From a virus (lineage: Duplodnaviria; Caudoviricetes): DNA of 64,000 nt. The stretch's first letter is position 1, and every line of letters begins with the position of its first letter. A program made the position numbers and the translations under genes. The notes under the pieces are model-generated. The model had not been told where the DNA came from and did no database searches. It was given only the letters and a program-made list of their open reading frames with translations. The stretch is from the IMG/VR virus record IMGVR_UViG_3300028392_002123; one strand, given 5' to 3'. Positions 49,717 through 60,339 of the stretch are shown here, in pieces.

Positions 49717-51131
49717 TATCCAATACTCCCTTCCATTGTTACTGATAATAATTTATTTGCCTCGGCCGCAAACTCCAAAGGCAATGTGTTCAACACACTA
49801 CGACAAAATCCACTAACGATTGCACCTGCGGCGCTTTCTGGATCCAGTCCTCTTGACGTCAAGTAATATAACTCTTCGTCACTGACACGGCCTGTTGTGG
49901 CTTCATGTTCTACTTGAGCAGTTTCATTTCTACAATCTGTATAAGGGATTGTATTTGATCTGCTATTATTTCCAATCATCAAACTGTCGCATTGTGTAAA
50001 ATTACGAGCATTTTTAGCGCCGGGAGTCATACGAACCAGACCTCTATATGTCATCGTGCTATTACCCAAGCTGATACCTTTACTGATAATTTTACTACGA
50101 GTGTTGGCGCCAATGTGAATCATTTTTGTACCAGTGTCAGCCTGTTGTCTACCACGAGTGACAGCCACTGAGTAGAACTCACCTGTTGACCCATCACCCT
50201 GAAGGACGCAACTGGGGTACTTCCAGGTAATGGCTGATCCTGTTTCCACCTGAGTCCAACTAACTCTGCTTTTGGCTCCACGACATTGGGCACGTTTGGT
50301 GACAAAGTTGTAGACTCCGCCGATACCGTGCTCATCTCCTGGGTACCAGTTTTGTACAGTTGAATATTTAATCTCTGCCCTGTCAAGGGCAACAAGTTCG
50401 ACCACTGCGGCATGTAACTGATTCTCGTCACGTTGGGGTGCTGTACATCCTTCCAAGTAAGATACATAACTGTCCTTGTCTGCTATAATTAAGGTGCGTT
50501 CAAATTGACCGCTACCAGCACTATTAATTCTAAAGTAAGTGCTCAACTCTAATGGGCATCGTTTGCCTTCTGGAATATAAACAAAACTGCCATCACTGAA
50601 TACTGCCGAGTTAATACAGGCAAACCAGTTATCGCCCTGAGGTATAACTGAGCCTACATATTGTCGTACTAGATCAGGATGATGTTGTACTGCTTCGTTA
50701 AAACTACAAAAGATAATGCCTTCTTCTGCTAGTTTCTCTTTGTATGTTGTGCCAATACTAACGCTGTCAAAGACTGCATCAACAGCAACACCTGCTAACT
50801 TGGCACGTTCTTTTAAAGGGATACCCAACTTTTCAAAGTCATCCAGAATTTCCTGTGGTACTTCATCGAGACTTTTAAATTGTTTCTTAGGTCGACTGTG
50901 ATAGTAAATGTTGTCGTAGTCCGGGCGTGTGTACTTTAACTCGGCCCAGTCAGGCTCAGTCATTGTAGATAGTTTGGCTAGTGCATTAAGCCTGAATTCA
51001 AGTAGCCATTCGGGTTCATTGTTTTTAGCACTGATTATACGAACAGTATGCTCGTTCAAACCTTTACCGATTAATTCGGTGTCAACATTAGTAACCCACC
51101 CTGCCAAATATTCGTGTTCTAGTTCATTCAT
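49716..51131 (-). CDS. sufB: Fe-S cluster assembly protein SufB
   Basis: [65 protein letters not shown] and EHEAT motifs. Start at MNELEH. Confidence 0.95.
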   Translation of the reverse strand: MNELEHEYLAGWVTNVDTELIGKGLNEHTVRIISAKNNEPEWLLEFRLNALAKLSTMTEPDWAELKYTRPDYDNIYYHSRPKKQFKSLDEVPQEILDDFEKLGIPLKERAKLAGVAVDAVFDSVSIGTTYKEKLAEEGIIFCSFNEAVQHHPDLVRQYVGSVIPQGDNWFACINSAVFSDGSFVYIPEGKRCPLELSTYFRINSAGSGQFERTLIIADKDSYVSYLEGCTAPQRDENQLHAAVVELVALDRAEIKYSTVQNWYPGDEHGIGGVYNFVTKRAQCRGAKSRVSWTQVETGSAITWKYPSCVLQGDGSTGEFYSVAVTRGRQQADTGTKMIHIGANTRSKIISKGISLGNSTMTYRGLVRMTPGAKNARNFTQCDSLMIGNNSRSNTIPYTDCRNETAQVEHEATTGRVSDEELYYLTSRGLDPESAAGAIVSGFCRSVLNTLPLEFAAEANKLLSVTMEGSIG

Positions 51132-51331
51132 TGTTTTATTATATCGAATATGTTGCCATATTCGTATCTTGTCCAATCATCCATATCTACATAAGTGTTA
51201 ATACACCTACGATATATTTTCTTTAACCATACTCGTTCGCCGCTGACAGTTTTAACTGGCCTCCAAGCAAACCAAATATCCCAGGGCATAACTTCTATTT
51301 TTCTAGCAACATTGCCTATAGGATCAAACAA
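51128..51331 (-). CDS. Small hypothetical phage protein
   Basis: ORF track; WFAWRPV motif. Confidence 0.5.
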   Translation of the reverse strand: MFDPIGNVARKIEVMPWDIWFAWRPVKTVSGERVWLKKIYRRCINTYVDMDDWTRYEYGNIFDIIKQ

Positions 51332-51661
51332 TTATTGCCACCTTAACATAAACATCATCTTATCTTCTTGACTATCAAACTCAAGAAGCATGCCGATTAG
51401 TTTACATTGTACACTACTTATAGCACACCAGTCAAATATATTTTGCTCATTATCAATCCAAAATTTTGGATCGCAGATTAACAGCAAAGGTTTTTGACCT
51501 AAATTAGCATGTGCGTCAACAAATTTTATGCCCTGATCTTTTAACATTTTATGTGCAATATCGGCATGCTTGAGTACTTTGACAAATCTGTCGCCCTGCG
51601 CTTCTTCTACCCAAATCTCCCAACACAATTTACTAGAATTAAAATAAGCATAGGGGTTCAA
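51332..51661 (-). CDS. Hypothetical protein
   Basis: ORF track; ends FMLRWQ. Confidence 0.5.
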   Translation of the reverse strand: MNPYAYFNSSKLCWEIWVEEAQGDRFVKVLKHADIAHKMLKDQGIKFVDAHANLGQKPLLLICDPKFWIDNEQNIFDWCAISSVQCKLIGMLLEFDSQEDKMMFMLRWQ

Positions 51662-51662
51662 G

Positions 51663-51902
51663 TTAGCCCCATTTTAATTTATAAACAAAAGCATCTTGAT
51701 CTGTTAGCTTGGCTCGAATAGCGTATCTGTATCCGTAGGCCATATGATCAATAGATTGATGGTAAACAGGTGTTTCTACAGCGTGTTCCATCACCCATTT
51801 ACCAGCATCACTGTTTTGCCAATCCCACAAAGGTTGGGCCGCATAGATTTCCGGATCTTCTACGTCACCAACCATAAATGTATGGACAGTTATCACTAAC
51901 AT
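51663..51902 (-). CDS. Hypothetical phage protein
   Basis: GDVEDPEIYAAQP..W; ends YKLKWG. Confidence 0.55.
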   Translation of the reverse strand: MLVITVHTFMVGDVEDPEIYAAQPLWDWQNSDAGKWVMEHAVETPVYHQSIDHMAYGYRYAIRAKLTDQDAFVYKLKWG

Positions 51903-52222
51903 TATTTAAAAATAATCAAAGCCATCAAACAGGCCTGGATAAAAAATCCAAATCCAATGGTAACAATGTTTAAGATATCTTTTTGAATTGTTGATTTAAC
52001 AAAAAATAAAAACAATCCCGACCATGCCAGTAATACTAAATCCACAGGCGGCGTCTTTTCAGTTAGTCCTGTTAAGATTGCCATCAAGGTAGGTATAGTA
52101 GCAAGGTGTAATAAGATTACTGCAATCCATCCTGTGGTCTCTGCACTAATTTTAGTAAAATGTTCTGTGAATGTTGTTTGAATAGAATTCAAAATTTCAT
52201 TGAGATCAAATTTAAATTTCAT
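51902..52222 (-). CDS. Small multi-pass membrane protein
   Basis: Three hydrophobic segments. Confidence 0.55.
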   Translation of the reverse strand: MKFKFDLNEILNSIQTTFTEHFTKISAETTGWIAVILLHLATIPTLMAILTGLTEKTPPVDLVLLAWSGLFLFFVKSTIQKDILNIVTIGFGFFIQACLMALIIFK

Positions 52223-52827
52223 TTTTGCTTTCCTTTATTAGGTTTCGTTTCTGTTGCTACAACTACTACCTGTTTAGTATAGTTGCTGGGATTATCACTG
52301 TAAAAAATATGAGCACCTACTTTGGCCACACGTTCTTTGTTCCATTGAGGATTTACATATTCAGCATGATAATACATGGCATTTTGCAAACTAGGTAATC
52401 TAAATCCTTCTAGTAAAACCTTTTTTGCCGCTTCCATACTTTGATCATATGCTTCTTTATTTTTTGGTTTTATCCCGGCCTTGCCTTCGCAATACCAACT
52501 AAATTGACAAAGGACTTTGTCGTAGACTATGTTTTTTTGATAAACCACTTTGCAAATGTCACCGGGAAACTTGCCACTCTCGGCTCGATTCAGCGTTACT
52601 TGTGCAACAGCGGCCTTACCTTCAAAAGGCTCATAACCAGCTTCGTGGTATATGTTTTGTGCCAAACAGTCTAATTGCTTTTCTCTCACTCCAGCAGTTA
52701 TACTAGTTGGCCTCATTTTTTCAGCAGTACGTAAATTGTTCATCTTATACTCATAGGTAAAATTGATGATCCAACATACTAGGATCAATCCTAGCAATCC
52801 TGCTATTAGTTTCATGATGCGTATCAT
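52219..52827 (-). CDS. SleB/Hydrolase_2 cell wall hydrolase
   Basis: CLAQNIYHEAGYE..GKAAVAQVTLNR, CQFSW, AMYYHA and GAHIFY motifs. N-terminal TM segment. Confidence 0.88.
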   Translation of the reverse strand: MIRIMKLIAGLLGLILVCWIINFTYEYKMNNLRTAEKMRPTSITAGVREKQLDCLAQNIYHEAGYEPFEGKAAVAQVTLNRAESGKFPGDICKVVYQKNIVYDKVLCQFSWYCEGKAGIKPKNKEAYDQSMEAAKKVLLEGFRLPSLQNAMYYHAEYVNPQWNKERVAKVGAHIFYSDNPSNYTKQVVVVATETKPNKGKQK

Positions 52828-52936
52828 AGTTTTAAACCTCCTTTACGCAGTTATATATAATAGGCGATTAACACTTTTGCACCTAGGCAAAAGTACTATT
52901 ATAACAGCCTATTTGTAGAAAGTCAATTAAAACGGT

Positions 52937-54988
52937 TTACTTGCTAGTAGCACGGTAAACTCCGTCCCAATCTTTTGGTAAATCAACTGACTTCATTTCT
53001 TTGCAACGCTCTATCCAATTTTCATAATAATGGTTCATTTGTCCGTCAAATTCTTCCATTAGGTTGTTGCAAAGTTCGATAGCCGCATCGAATCGTTGTG
53101 TTCGATACTCAGACAACATTGCATTGTGAGTTTCTCTGGCTATTAGATAACCTGGCATCGCGCCGGCATCTGTTATCAACACGGTGTGTATATTAACTCC
53201 TTCTTTCTTGCCTTTAACGGCAATACAATCTAATTCTAAAGTAAAGAATTCATCCTTTACATATTCAGCAGTTTTCGTACCAAGTACGATTCGTACACCG
53301 TACGGTTTACTCTGGCCCTCCAGTCTGGAAGCCAAATTAACACCGTCACCGAGGCAAGTATAGTCAAAACGCTGATCACTTCCCATATTACCCACCACAA
53401 CAGTATCACTATTAATTCCAAGACCCATACCAAAAGCTGGTATGCCTTCTGCTGTAACTTCTCGATTAAATTCATCCAAACTCTCCAACATCTGCAGGCC
53501 TGTGCGTACTGCATCTTTAGCATGGTTGCCATTGTCTAATGGTGCATTCCAAAATGCCATTTGTGCATCGCCTATATATTTGTCTAATGTACCTTTATTT
53601 TCTAAAATCTTTTTTGTCATAGCAGTCATATAACGATTCATAATTTTAGTAAGTCCTTGTACATCCTTGCCATAGTGTTCACTAATTGTGGTAAAGCCAC
53701 GAACATCAGTGAACATAATACTTAGCTCTCTACTCTCGCCGCCCAGCTTTAATAACTCAGGCTGACGTTGTAGTTGTGCTACAAGATCTGGACTTAGGTA
53801 AGTTCCAAACTGTTTTTTAATCTGTTGTTTTTGTAAAAACTCACTTACAAACTTGACCCCGTAAGCATGTAAAGCAACCAAAATAATGCCGCTGACCAAC
53901 AAAGTGGAATCAAGAAGATAAAGATAATTTGAATAAGCAAACTTACTGCCGACAATAGAAAGAGCAACAATAGCAACAGTACTAGCAAGTCCAAGATAAG
54001 TCCACCTTGTTAAAAATAATAAAATAATACCCGCTATTAATATAGCAATTATTTCTGCGCCATCTGCCCAGTCGGGTCTTTGTATTATAACACCGTTGGC
54101 CAAAGTTGCTATAACCGCGGCCTGCACATGATGCGGAAATACCGCACCTATGCTCGTTGGCAAAGGATTACTAATGCCTGCGGCTGTTGGTCCTACTACA
54201 ACAATGGCACCACCAAAGTCTTTGGGCAAATCAGTCAATGACACAGATTTACTTTGCTGACTCCAATCAATCCATACGCGGCCTAAATTGTCTGTGGCTA
54301 TAGGACCAAACTTTGGAATACGCATTTTTTCAACACCACCTTCAAATAGCTTGACTTGAAAAGTAGAATCCCCAGCGGCAACACGCAACGTCTCTAGGCT
54401 TAATCCTGGGTATAACTTTTCGTTGACAGCAACCACCAGGGGTACACGACGATTAACACCATCTACTTCCGGTAATGTGTTTACTATGCCCACACCTGCG
54501 GCATTATTTTCTAATTGCGGTATGTTGGCAATCAATCCAGGATATGTGACTATTTGATCCAACCATTCGGGATTTAATACAGCACTACCTGGCACACGTG
54601 GATTATTTTTATTTTTAGAATTAGGTATACTGACTAAGACAACAGGATAGTTTTTAAGTATGGCGCCAAGATCCCTATCTCCACCAGTACGATCAGGCTC
54701 AGCCATAAGCACATTGAGAACAACAAGGCCAGCGTTGCGATGATACAGGTCTTCAATAATTTCAGCATAGTTAACCCTCGGTAACGGCCATTGGCCTAAT
54801 TTATCCAGTGCCGCTTCATCTATATTCACTGTATAGATATTGTTTTCTGTTTGTGTTTTTCCAGCGATCAATGTATCGAAATAACGCAGTCTTACACTTT
54901 CAACAAATGTAGGATCTGCGATTCTTATACCTAACACCAGCACAAGGGTTATTAGTGCTGTCCACGGACTTAGCAATATTTTTTTCAT
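52937..54988 (-). CDS. CHASE2-domain class III adenylate cyclase
   Basis: CHASE2 (IDEAALDKLGQWPLPR, DGVNRRVPL), 3 TM segments, then MFTDVRGFT, DKYIGDAQM, FDYT..GDGVNLASRLE (Lys/Asp adenine specificity). Confidence 0.92.
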   Translation of the reverse strand: MKKILLSPWTALITLVLVLGIRIADPTFVESVRLRYFDTLIAGKTQTENNIYTVNIDEAALDKLGQWPLPRVNYAEIIEDLYHRNAGLVVLNVLMAEPDRTGGDRDLGAILKNYPVVLVSIPNSKNKNNPRVPGSAVLNPEWLDQIVTYPGLIANIPQLENNAAGVGIVNTLPEVDGVNRRVPLVVAVNEKLYPGLSLETLRVAAGDSTFQVKLFEGGVEKMRIPKFGPIATDNLGRVWIDWSQQSKSVSLTDLPKDFGGAIVVVGPTAAGISNPLPTSIGAVFPHHVQAAVIATLANGVIIQRPDWADGAEIIAILIAGIILLFLTRWTYLGLASTVAIVALSIVGSKFAYSNYLYLLDSTLLVSGIILVALHAYGVKFVSEFLQKQQIKKQFGTYLSPDLVAQLQRQPELLKLGGESRELSIMFTDVRGFTTISEHYGKDVQGLTKIMNRYMTAMTKKILENKGTLDKYIGDAQMAFWNAPLDNGNHAKDAVRTGLQMLESLDEFNREVTAEGIPAFGMGLGINSDTVVVGNMGSDQRFDYTCLGDGVNLASRLEGQSKPYGVRIVLGTKTAEYVKDEFFTLELDCIAVKGKKEGVNIHTVLITDAGAMPGYLIARETHNAMLSEYRTQRFDAAIELCNNLMEEFDGQMNHYYENWIERCKEMKSVDLPKDWDGVYRATSK

Positions 54989-55533
54989 AGGCTAAAAGGT
55001 AACCAAATTCCTTGACCTAACAAAAGAATACCCACAACAGCAACATATAAACTTACCTTATACATCTTATTGTTAACTGCAAGAATACTGGCAGATAATA
55101 AAACGATTGCTAGTTGGAATGCCATGCTGGCAAATGTTAACCATGGGCTGTGTTTACTAGCTTCATCTCTGGCCTTTTCATAGCCCTGGGCCTTGGCCAA
55201 TAATTCTTTTTTACCTTCACCTTTTTCAGGATCAGTTTCATAGCGATCAATTTTTGCCTGTAGTTTTTCAGCCTTGACTCGTTCACCGCGAGTTATATAG
55301 TCATCACGCTGACCCTCGGCAATGGCCTGTTTGATAGATTTGGATTGAAAAAATGCGTATGTGTCTGTGGCTTTTAGTGTATTCTTTAATACAGCACCAC
55401 TGAAACTATTAGCAAAGTAAGTAGTAATAGCCATGAACAACGCCATAATAACAATGACTAATCCGGCTTTATCTTTAATTAATGCTTCGCGTTCGCTACG
55501 AGACAACGGTTTATCTAATTTTACTTCTGACAT
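54985..55533 (-). CDS. DUF4337-like membrane protein
   Basis: TM segment, AFFQSKSIKQ, coiled coil, two C-terminal TM segments. Confidence 0.7.
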   Translation of the reverse strand: MSEVKLDKPLSRSEREALIKDKAGLVIVIMALFMAITTYFANSFSGAVLKNTLKATDTYAFFQSKSIKQAIAEGQRDDYITRGERVKAEKLQAKIDRYETDPEKGEGKKELLAKAQGYEKARDEASKHSPWLTFASMAFQLAIVLLSASILAVNNKMYKVSLYVAVVGILLLGQGIWLPFSL

Positions 55534-55535
55534 GA

Positions 55536-55652
55536 TTAATCCTTTTTAAATGCGGCCAATACTTTTGCCTGAATGTTTTTTGCAAACTGTGGCTGAGGAA
55601 AATTCCAACCTATAAAAGCACCCAGTGCTAACCAAAATAATGTTTCTAACAT
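55536..55652 (-). CDS. 38-aa membrane peptide (below ORF-track cutoff)
   Basis: GGAGG RBS, MLETLFWLALGAFIGWNFPQPQFAKNIQAKVLAAFKKD*. Confidence 0.55.
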   Translation of the reverse strand: MLETLFWLALGAFIGWNFPQPQFAKNIQAKVLAAFKKD

Positions 55653-55699
55653 AATTGTACCTCCCTAAAATATAAAATATTTACCAAAAACTTATTTGA

Positions 55700-56002
55700 C
55701 TACAGCTTAACATTGGCTTTTGGCTCTTTTTTCGTAGTTTTACTGTTATTCCCTGCACCTAGTACGCAGGCCGCAGATTCATTGAACTGAATCAGAGTCC
55801 AAGACTTGGTCTCTTCATTGACCAATAGTGCATATTTACTAACGGTGTCCTGTCCGGTCCAAATTGGAAATTCTCCGTATGTTGTAGTAAGAGGTCCAAT
55901 AATATTGGTAGGCGTATCACATATCAATTCTTTATCTACTGTTACGGGGTTTGGGTAAGCCAAAACAGGTAATAGTAGAACACAAGCTAATAATTGTTTC
56001 AT
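55700..56002 (-). CDS. Small secreted hypothetical protein
   Basis: Signal peptide, two Cys, AAGGAG RBS. Confidence 0.55.
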   Translation of the reverse strand: MKQLLACVLLLPVLAYPNPVTVDKELICDTPTNIIGPLTTTYGEFPIWTGQDTVSKYALLVNEETKSWTLIQFNESAACVLGAGNNSKTTKKEPKANVKL

Positions 56003-56024
56003 TGTGTTCTCCTTAGAAAAGTAT

Positions 56025-57161
56025 TTATTGCCCTTGATTCACAGTAATCTTAGCACATCCGCCGGCCGAAGCACAGTTACTGGTAATCGAATAAAATTGT
56101 TGTGTATTACCGCTTTGGGTTAAACTCAAGTCTTGTGCTAGCCCTGACAGACTAACCTTGGCCATATGACCAGCACTTCCCTGTTGAGTAATGTCAACAT
56201 TTTTATTGCCTCCACTTAGTGTAACTTCGGCATAGTGACTGCCACTATCCTTTTGCTGGATAGCAACTGTGTTGTTACTGTCTTGAATATTAACAAAGGC
56301 ACCTTTACCGCCGCCGGTACTTTGCTGAATAATGTTAACAGTATTATTATTACCCGATATATTTGTTTCTGTATAGTTTATTTGAGTGGATGAATTTCCT
56401 CGTTGGGTAATAGTAGTATTATTAGAAGAGCCGTTGCCGTTGTATTCAACATAATTTTGCTTGGTTCCCGACTGTTCTACTGTAATAGTATTTGCATTGC
56501 CTATTTGATCAATATATACTTTACTATCATTAGTTGTGCGAGAAGAGAATCCTAAAACCTTAGACATATTTGCAGTAGTTGCATTAAACGGTGAAGCACT
56601 ACCTCCGCAACATAAAGGTGGCGGCCCGGCCGGCTGTGCTGTTTGACCAGCGGCCAAGGGAGTGGTACTACCATTGGCGGCATACGCATTGACCTGAGCG
56701 GCTGTTGGATTCAATGTACCAGTCCACGTAACCCCGGCTGATCCAGATAGTCCAGTGGTCATACTGAATAGTTGACCAGTGTTATTATCGTTGCCTACAA
56801 AAAAGAAAAAGTCGTTGCCCATGTTAATAATATGCCCAGTACCCATGTTGTCTATGGCAGTACCGTTACTTCTGTAGTGTACAGCCAGCCAAGGATTGCC
56901 AGCGTCCTTTTGCGAGTTATCAATGAATGCTATGTAGTCGCCTGCGGCCCAAGTTATGCGGCCGCTGGTCCAGGGAATTTTGTATGCTGTGCCTGGATTC
57001 TTACTGTAGATTTGACAAGTGGTAGTGTACATACAAGCACTGACATTCCACTGACTGTCTGCAATTTGTGCTTGGCCAAACTTTAAATCAACAAGCCCTG
57101 TTGCTTGTCCAGTGGAGCATAGTGCAAATAATAAAAAAAATATTGATAAAAATCTTGTCAT
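56025..57161 (-). CDS. Secreted two-domain protein with C-terminal curlin-like repeats
   Basis: Signal peptide. VYIDQIGNANTITVEQSG, NNTTITQRG, NTVAIQQ and VDITQQG repeats follow a Pro/Cys linker. Confidence 0.7.
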   Translation of the reverse strand: MTRFLSIFFLLFALCSTGQATGLVDLKFGQAQIADSQWNVSACMYTTTCQIYSKNPGTAYKIPWTSGRITWAAGDYIAFIDNSQKDAGNPWLAVHYRSNGTAIDNMGTGHIINMGNDFFFFVGNDNNTGQLFSMTTGLSGSAGVTWTGTLNPTAAQVNAYAANGSTTPLAAGQTAQPAGPPPLCCGGSASPFNATTANMSKVLGFSSRTTNDSKVYIDQIGNANTITVEQSGTKQNYVEYNGNGSSNNTTITQRGNSSTQINYTETNISGNNNTVNIIQQSTGGGKGAFVNIQDSNNTVAIQQKDSGSHYAEVTLSGGNKNVDITQQGSAGHMAKVSLSGLAQDLSLTQSGNTQQFYSITSNCASAGGCAKITVNQGQ

Positions 57162-58258
57162 CTTCTTAATACACCGTTATTTTGTTTTATATAAACACTA
57201 TTCCCACCACCACCTGCTCCAATTAATTCACTGGCACTGGCATCATCATGTACAATAGTTATTGATGTATTAGATTCATAGCCCTGTGTTTTTACTTCGG
57301 CATAATGATCTGTGTTAGAACGAAAGGCGATACCTTTACCTTTTAACTGAATGTCACTGGCATCTGGATTTGTCCAACTTATACAGATGCCAGTACTTGG
57401 ATTACAGCCTGTTTTTCCTGCGGCCTCAAGTAATGCTAAGATTCTAGCACGTTCGATGTCATCTGCAGATTCTTTAACTCTCTGCGCTAGTCGCCTTGCG
57501 GCTTCTGATTCAATTTCTGCATCTAGCTCTTCTTTCTTTGTGCGACCAGTATTATCACGTATAGCACGTTCAACTTCGTGTGGCCTAACAAGAATTAAGT
57601 TATTATTAATTTTACTTTCTAGTGTATTGATAACCACAGGTGCTGTTGGTCTACTGTCAAAGCTGGTAATATAAGTTGCTTCAAATGCTTTGTCTAATGT
57701 AACTACACCTGCGCCATTAGAAACAACGATAGCTCCTACTTTACAAAGATTTTCTTCTAATTCGTATTTCTTTTGCTGGCTTTCGTCTTTACAACTAGGT
57801 AAAAGAACAACTAGGCTCTGTCCCGTTTCGTCCACTGTCATTGAAAAGTCTGTGCCACGAACAGCAATGTTAGCAGTGGGTGTGTTAACTGCAACTTGTT
57901 GCGGATTATTTTTAGCAATTTGTCCACTGGCATAACGTACTGTGCCCATGGTTACTTTCATGGCCAGTTTGCCGGCATCTGATTTTTTAGGATCGTAGAC
58001 AAAGTCGTCAATGACTAATTTAGAGTTTTCGGTTATTTTAACTTTGGTATCGTCTTTGAATGTAATATTACTAGAACAAGCCTGTGTCAAATATGTGTCC
58101 ATACTTTCTATGCTTGCACCTTTAAGTCCTGGAGATTTATTTTTTCCTCTTAGCACTTCACAGGCAGATCCTTTATTGTCTGCTACAACACCAATACTAT
58201 CGCCGGCAATGGCGATAGTATTTTGTAACACTAAAAGAAAGAGAAATAATCGCCACAT
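57158..58258 (-). CDS. Secreted FecR-domain protein
   Basis: Signal peptide; ITFKDDTKVKITENSKL, GTVRYASG, TPTANIAVRGTDF (FecR domain). Confidence 0.85.
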   Translation of the reverse strand: MWRLFLFLLVLQNTIAIAGDSIGVVADNKGSACEVLRGKNKSPGLKGASIESMDTYLTQACSSNITFKDDTKVKITENSKLVIDDFVYDPKKSDAGKLAMKVTMGTVRYASGQIAKNNPQQVAVNTPTANIAVRGTDFSMTVDETGQSLVVLLPSCKDESQQKKYELEENLCKVGAIVVSNGAGVVTLDKAFEATYITSFDSRPTAPVVINTLESKINNNLILVRPHEVERAIRDNTGRTKKEELDAEIESEAARRLAQRVKESADDIERARILALLEAAGKTGCNPSTGICISWTNPDASDIQLKGKGIAFRSNTDHYAEVKTQGYESNTSITIVHDDASASELIGAGGGGNSVYIKQNNGVLRR

Positions 58259-58261
58259 GAA

Positions 58262-59068
58262 TTACCTCACAATGGCAGTTGCCGCTCCGACAATAGCAGT
58301 ACTACTTGTTCTAACTGTTATAGTATTATTGCTACCTGTTGTTCGAATATCCACAGTAGTATCATTCATACCCTGTTGTTGAGTTGTAATGCTGTTAAAA
58401 CTACCAGCAATAACTTCCTTTAAATTATGACCATTGGCACCAGCTGAGTCAATCTGTTGAATATTTAATACGTTGCTGTTACCTGTGATACTAATATCAC
58501 TTACACCATTTGAACTTTTCAATTCTTTAGTGATTTGATTTAAATTTCCAGTTATCGATATAGTACTTGTAATATCATTGCCTACTAACTGTTGAAGTAC
58601 TAAATTGGTATCTCCAGTTATTGTTTCTGTCACTGTGTTACGCAAATTACTAGCATTATTAGTGTCTCCAATAGAGAGTCTAGTTAAATTGTTGATCCCA
58701 GTGACAGTACTAGAATATGAATTGTTATTACCTTGGATATTATATTGTGCTCCATTACCATTGCCATGTTGTATCAATGACAGCGTATTAGAACTGCCTG
58801 TAATTGTAGCATAGTTAGTTGAGCTAGGTGCTGCCGGTGCAACAGTTGTAATGCCGCTGGCGGATATCGAATTTGTGGCAGTTGATGCTGTTCCTCCAAC
58901 GTTGTTGGTGCCACCGACTTGTTCAATAGTAACCGTATTACTATTACCGACTTGTTCGATATAAACTTTATTTGGGCCTGTTGCAGATTGTGCAATAGCA
59001 TACGCAGTTGCAGTAGAAAGTGCAAGGCCAACTAAAGTCATTGATAACATCTTTGTCGCTTTTTTCAT
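58262..59068 (-). CDS. Curlin-like (CsgA/CsgB-type) repeat protein
   Basis: Signal peptide; VYIEQVGNSNTVTIEQVG, LSLIQHGNGN, IQGNNNS and ITGNSNVLNIQQ Q/N-rich repeats. Confidence 0.75.
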   Translation of the reverse strand: MKKATKMLSMTLVGLALSTATAYAIAQSATGPNKVYIEQVGNSNTVTIEQVGGTNNVGGTASTATNSISASGITTVAPAAPSSTNYATITGSSNTLSLIQHGNGNGAQYNIQGNNNSYSSTVTGINNLTRLSIGDTNNASNLRNTVTETITGDTNLVLQQLVGNDITSTISITGNLNQITKELKSSNGVSDISITGNSNVLNIQQIDSAGANGHNLKEVIAGSFNSITTQQQGMNDTTVDIRTTGSNNTITVRTSSTAIVGAATAIVR

Positions 59069-59216
59069 TTTATAACATAGATAGATTATTTTTTCTCTAC
59101 CTAAGCCCCTGGGTTAAACCCTGTTACTTACCCTGTTTATTTTGCCAGGGTGTGTGATTTTCGTACCACACACTACACAAGCAAGATCCATGCAAGAATT
59201 TTTCTTAAATCCATGC

Positions 59217-60329
59217 TTACTTAGAACCATCTTTTAAATACCTTTTTAATTCTGACCCTTTATCTTTTTTGTTGTCAACGGCCGAACTTTCTGTTTTGTT
59301 TCTTCCATCATCTTTTGGCTTGCTGGGCTCGCTCTGTGCGGATGAATCAGTGGGCTCTGCAACGGTGGCGGATGTTTTTGAGGTTTGTGTTTGAACCAAC
59401 TCATTTTTCTTCTCCTTGATTAACGGAACATCTTCTGTGTTAGAAATTGTCACAGGTCTTTCAATATGCTCTGGTAATGGCGGCATTTTTACCGCAGGTT
59501 TTTCTTCCTGGAAAGCCCAGTGGCCTTTTCTCACACCTTCTTGTATGGTATTAATCACCGCGGCTTGAACTGCTACATCAATTGCTTTGTTTATACTTTC
59601 ATTAATGCTACCGCCAATTTCTCCTTCAAGAGCAGTGGCATTTGCACCTAAATCTGTTCCGTCACCTATAAATCTTAATAATGTAATTTTATCCATATAG
59701 CTTAATACAGTTTTAGTTACCGTGGTTGTTGTTAAAATTTCTCCTGTGGCCACACTGACTGTACGCAATGTAACTGTGACAGTATCACTTTGATATTGTG
59801 TGCTGGCTCCTATGCCGAATATACGAACACCTGATCCACCTGTTAATGTATTGCTATCATAGCCAACTATGCCGCCTTCAATGATGATACCTGCAAACAC
59901 CATTGGTGGTAAAGGTTTAGCATCTTTACCTTGATATTGTTCACGGGCTTGTCTAATCATTTGACGCTCTTTGATTAGGTTATCCAAGCCAACACGTTCC
60001 AATACCATGAACCATCTTGCATCACCGGCTTCTTGTAGTGCCCTAATAAGATAACTTTCAGCACCCTGTGTAACTGCTGAACTTAAACTGGCAATGTTAG
60101 GCATTGACTTGCGTTGGCCTGTCTTATCTGTAAATCCATAAACAGCCACAGCGATTGGTCCGCCAGCAGGGGGTGCTAATTTATTCTGTTCCTTTTTCAA
60201 AAACTTACTAGTTTCTATAACGGGTTCATCAAACTGATTACCAGTCATTTTTTCTCTAACTGCGGACCCAGTGGCACACCCGGTTAAAATTGCTACTACG
60301 GCCAAGGATAAAACTGTTCTTTTCATCAT
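59217..60329 (-). CDS. csgG: Curli secretion channel CsgG-like lipoprotein
   Basis: Lipobox LTGC; AVYGFTDKTGQRK, SAVTQGA, WFMVLER.GLDNLIKERQMIR, IIEGGIVGYDSN and LRTVSVATGEIL motifs. Confidence 0.9.
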   Translation of the reverse strand: MMKRTVLSLAVVAILTGCATGSAVREKMTGNQFDEPVIETSKFLKKEQNKLAPPAGGPIAVAVYGFTDKTGQRKSMPNIASLSSAVTQGAESYLIRALQEAGDARWFMVLERVGLDNLIKERQMIRQAREQYQGKDAKPLPPMVFAGIIIEGGIVGYDSNTLTGGSGVRIFGIGASTQYQSDTVTVTLRTVSVATGEILTTTTVTKTVLSYMDKITLLRFIGDGTDLGANATALEGEIGGSINESINKAIDVAVQAAVINTIQEGVRKGHWAFQEEKPAVKMPPLPEHIERPVTISNTEDVPLIKEKKNELVQTQTSKTSATVAEPTDSSAQSEPSKPKDDGRNKTESSAVDNKKDKGSELKRYLKDGSK

Positions 60330-60339
60330 TTATATCTTT

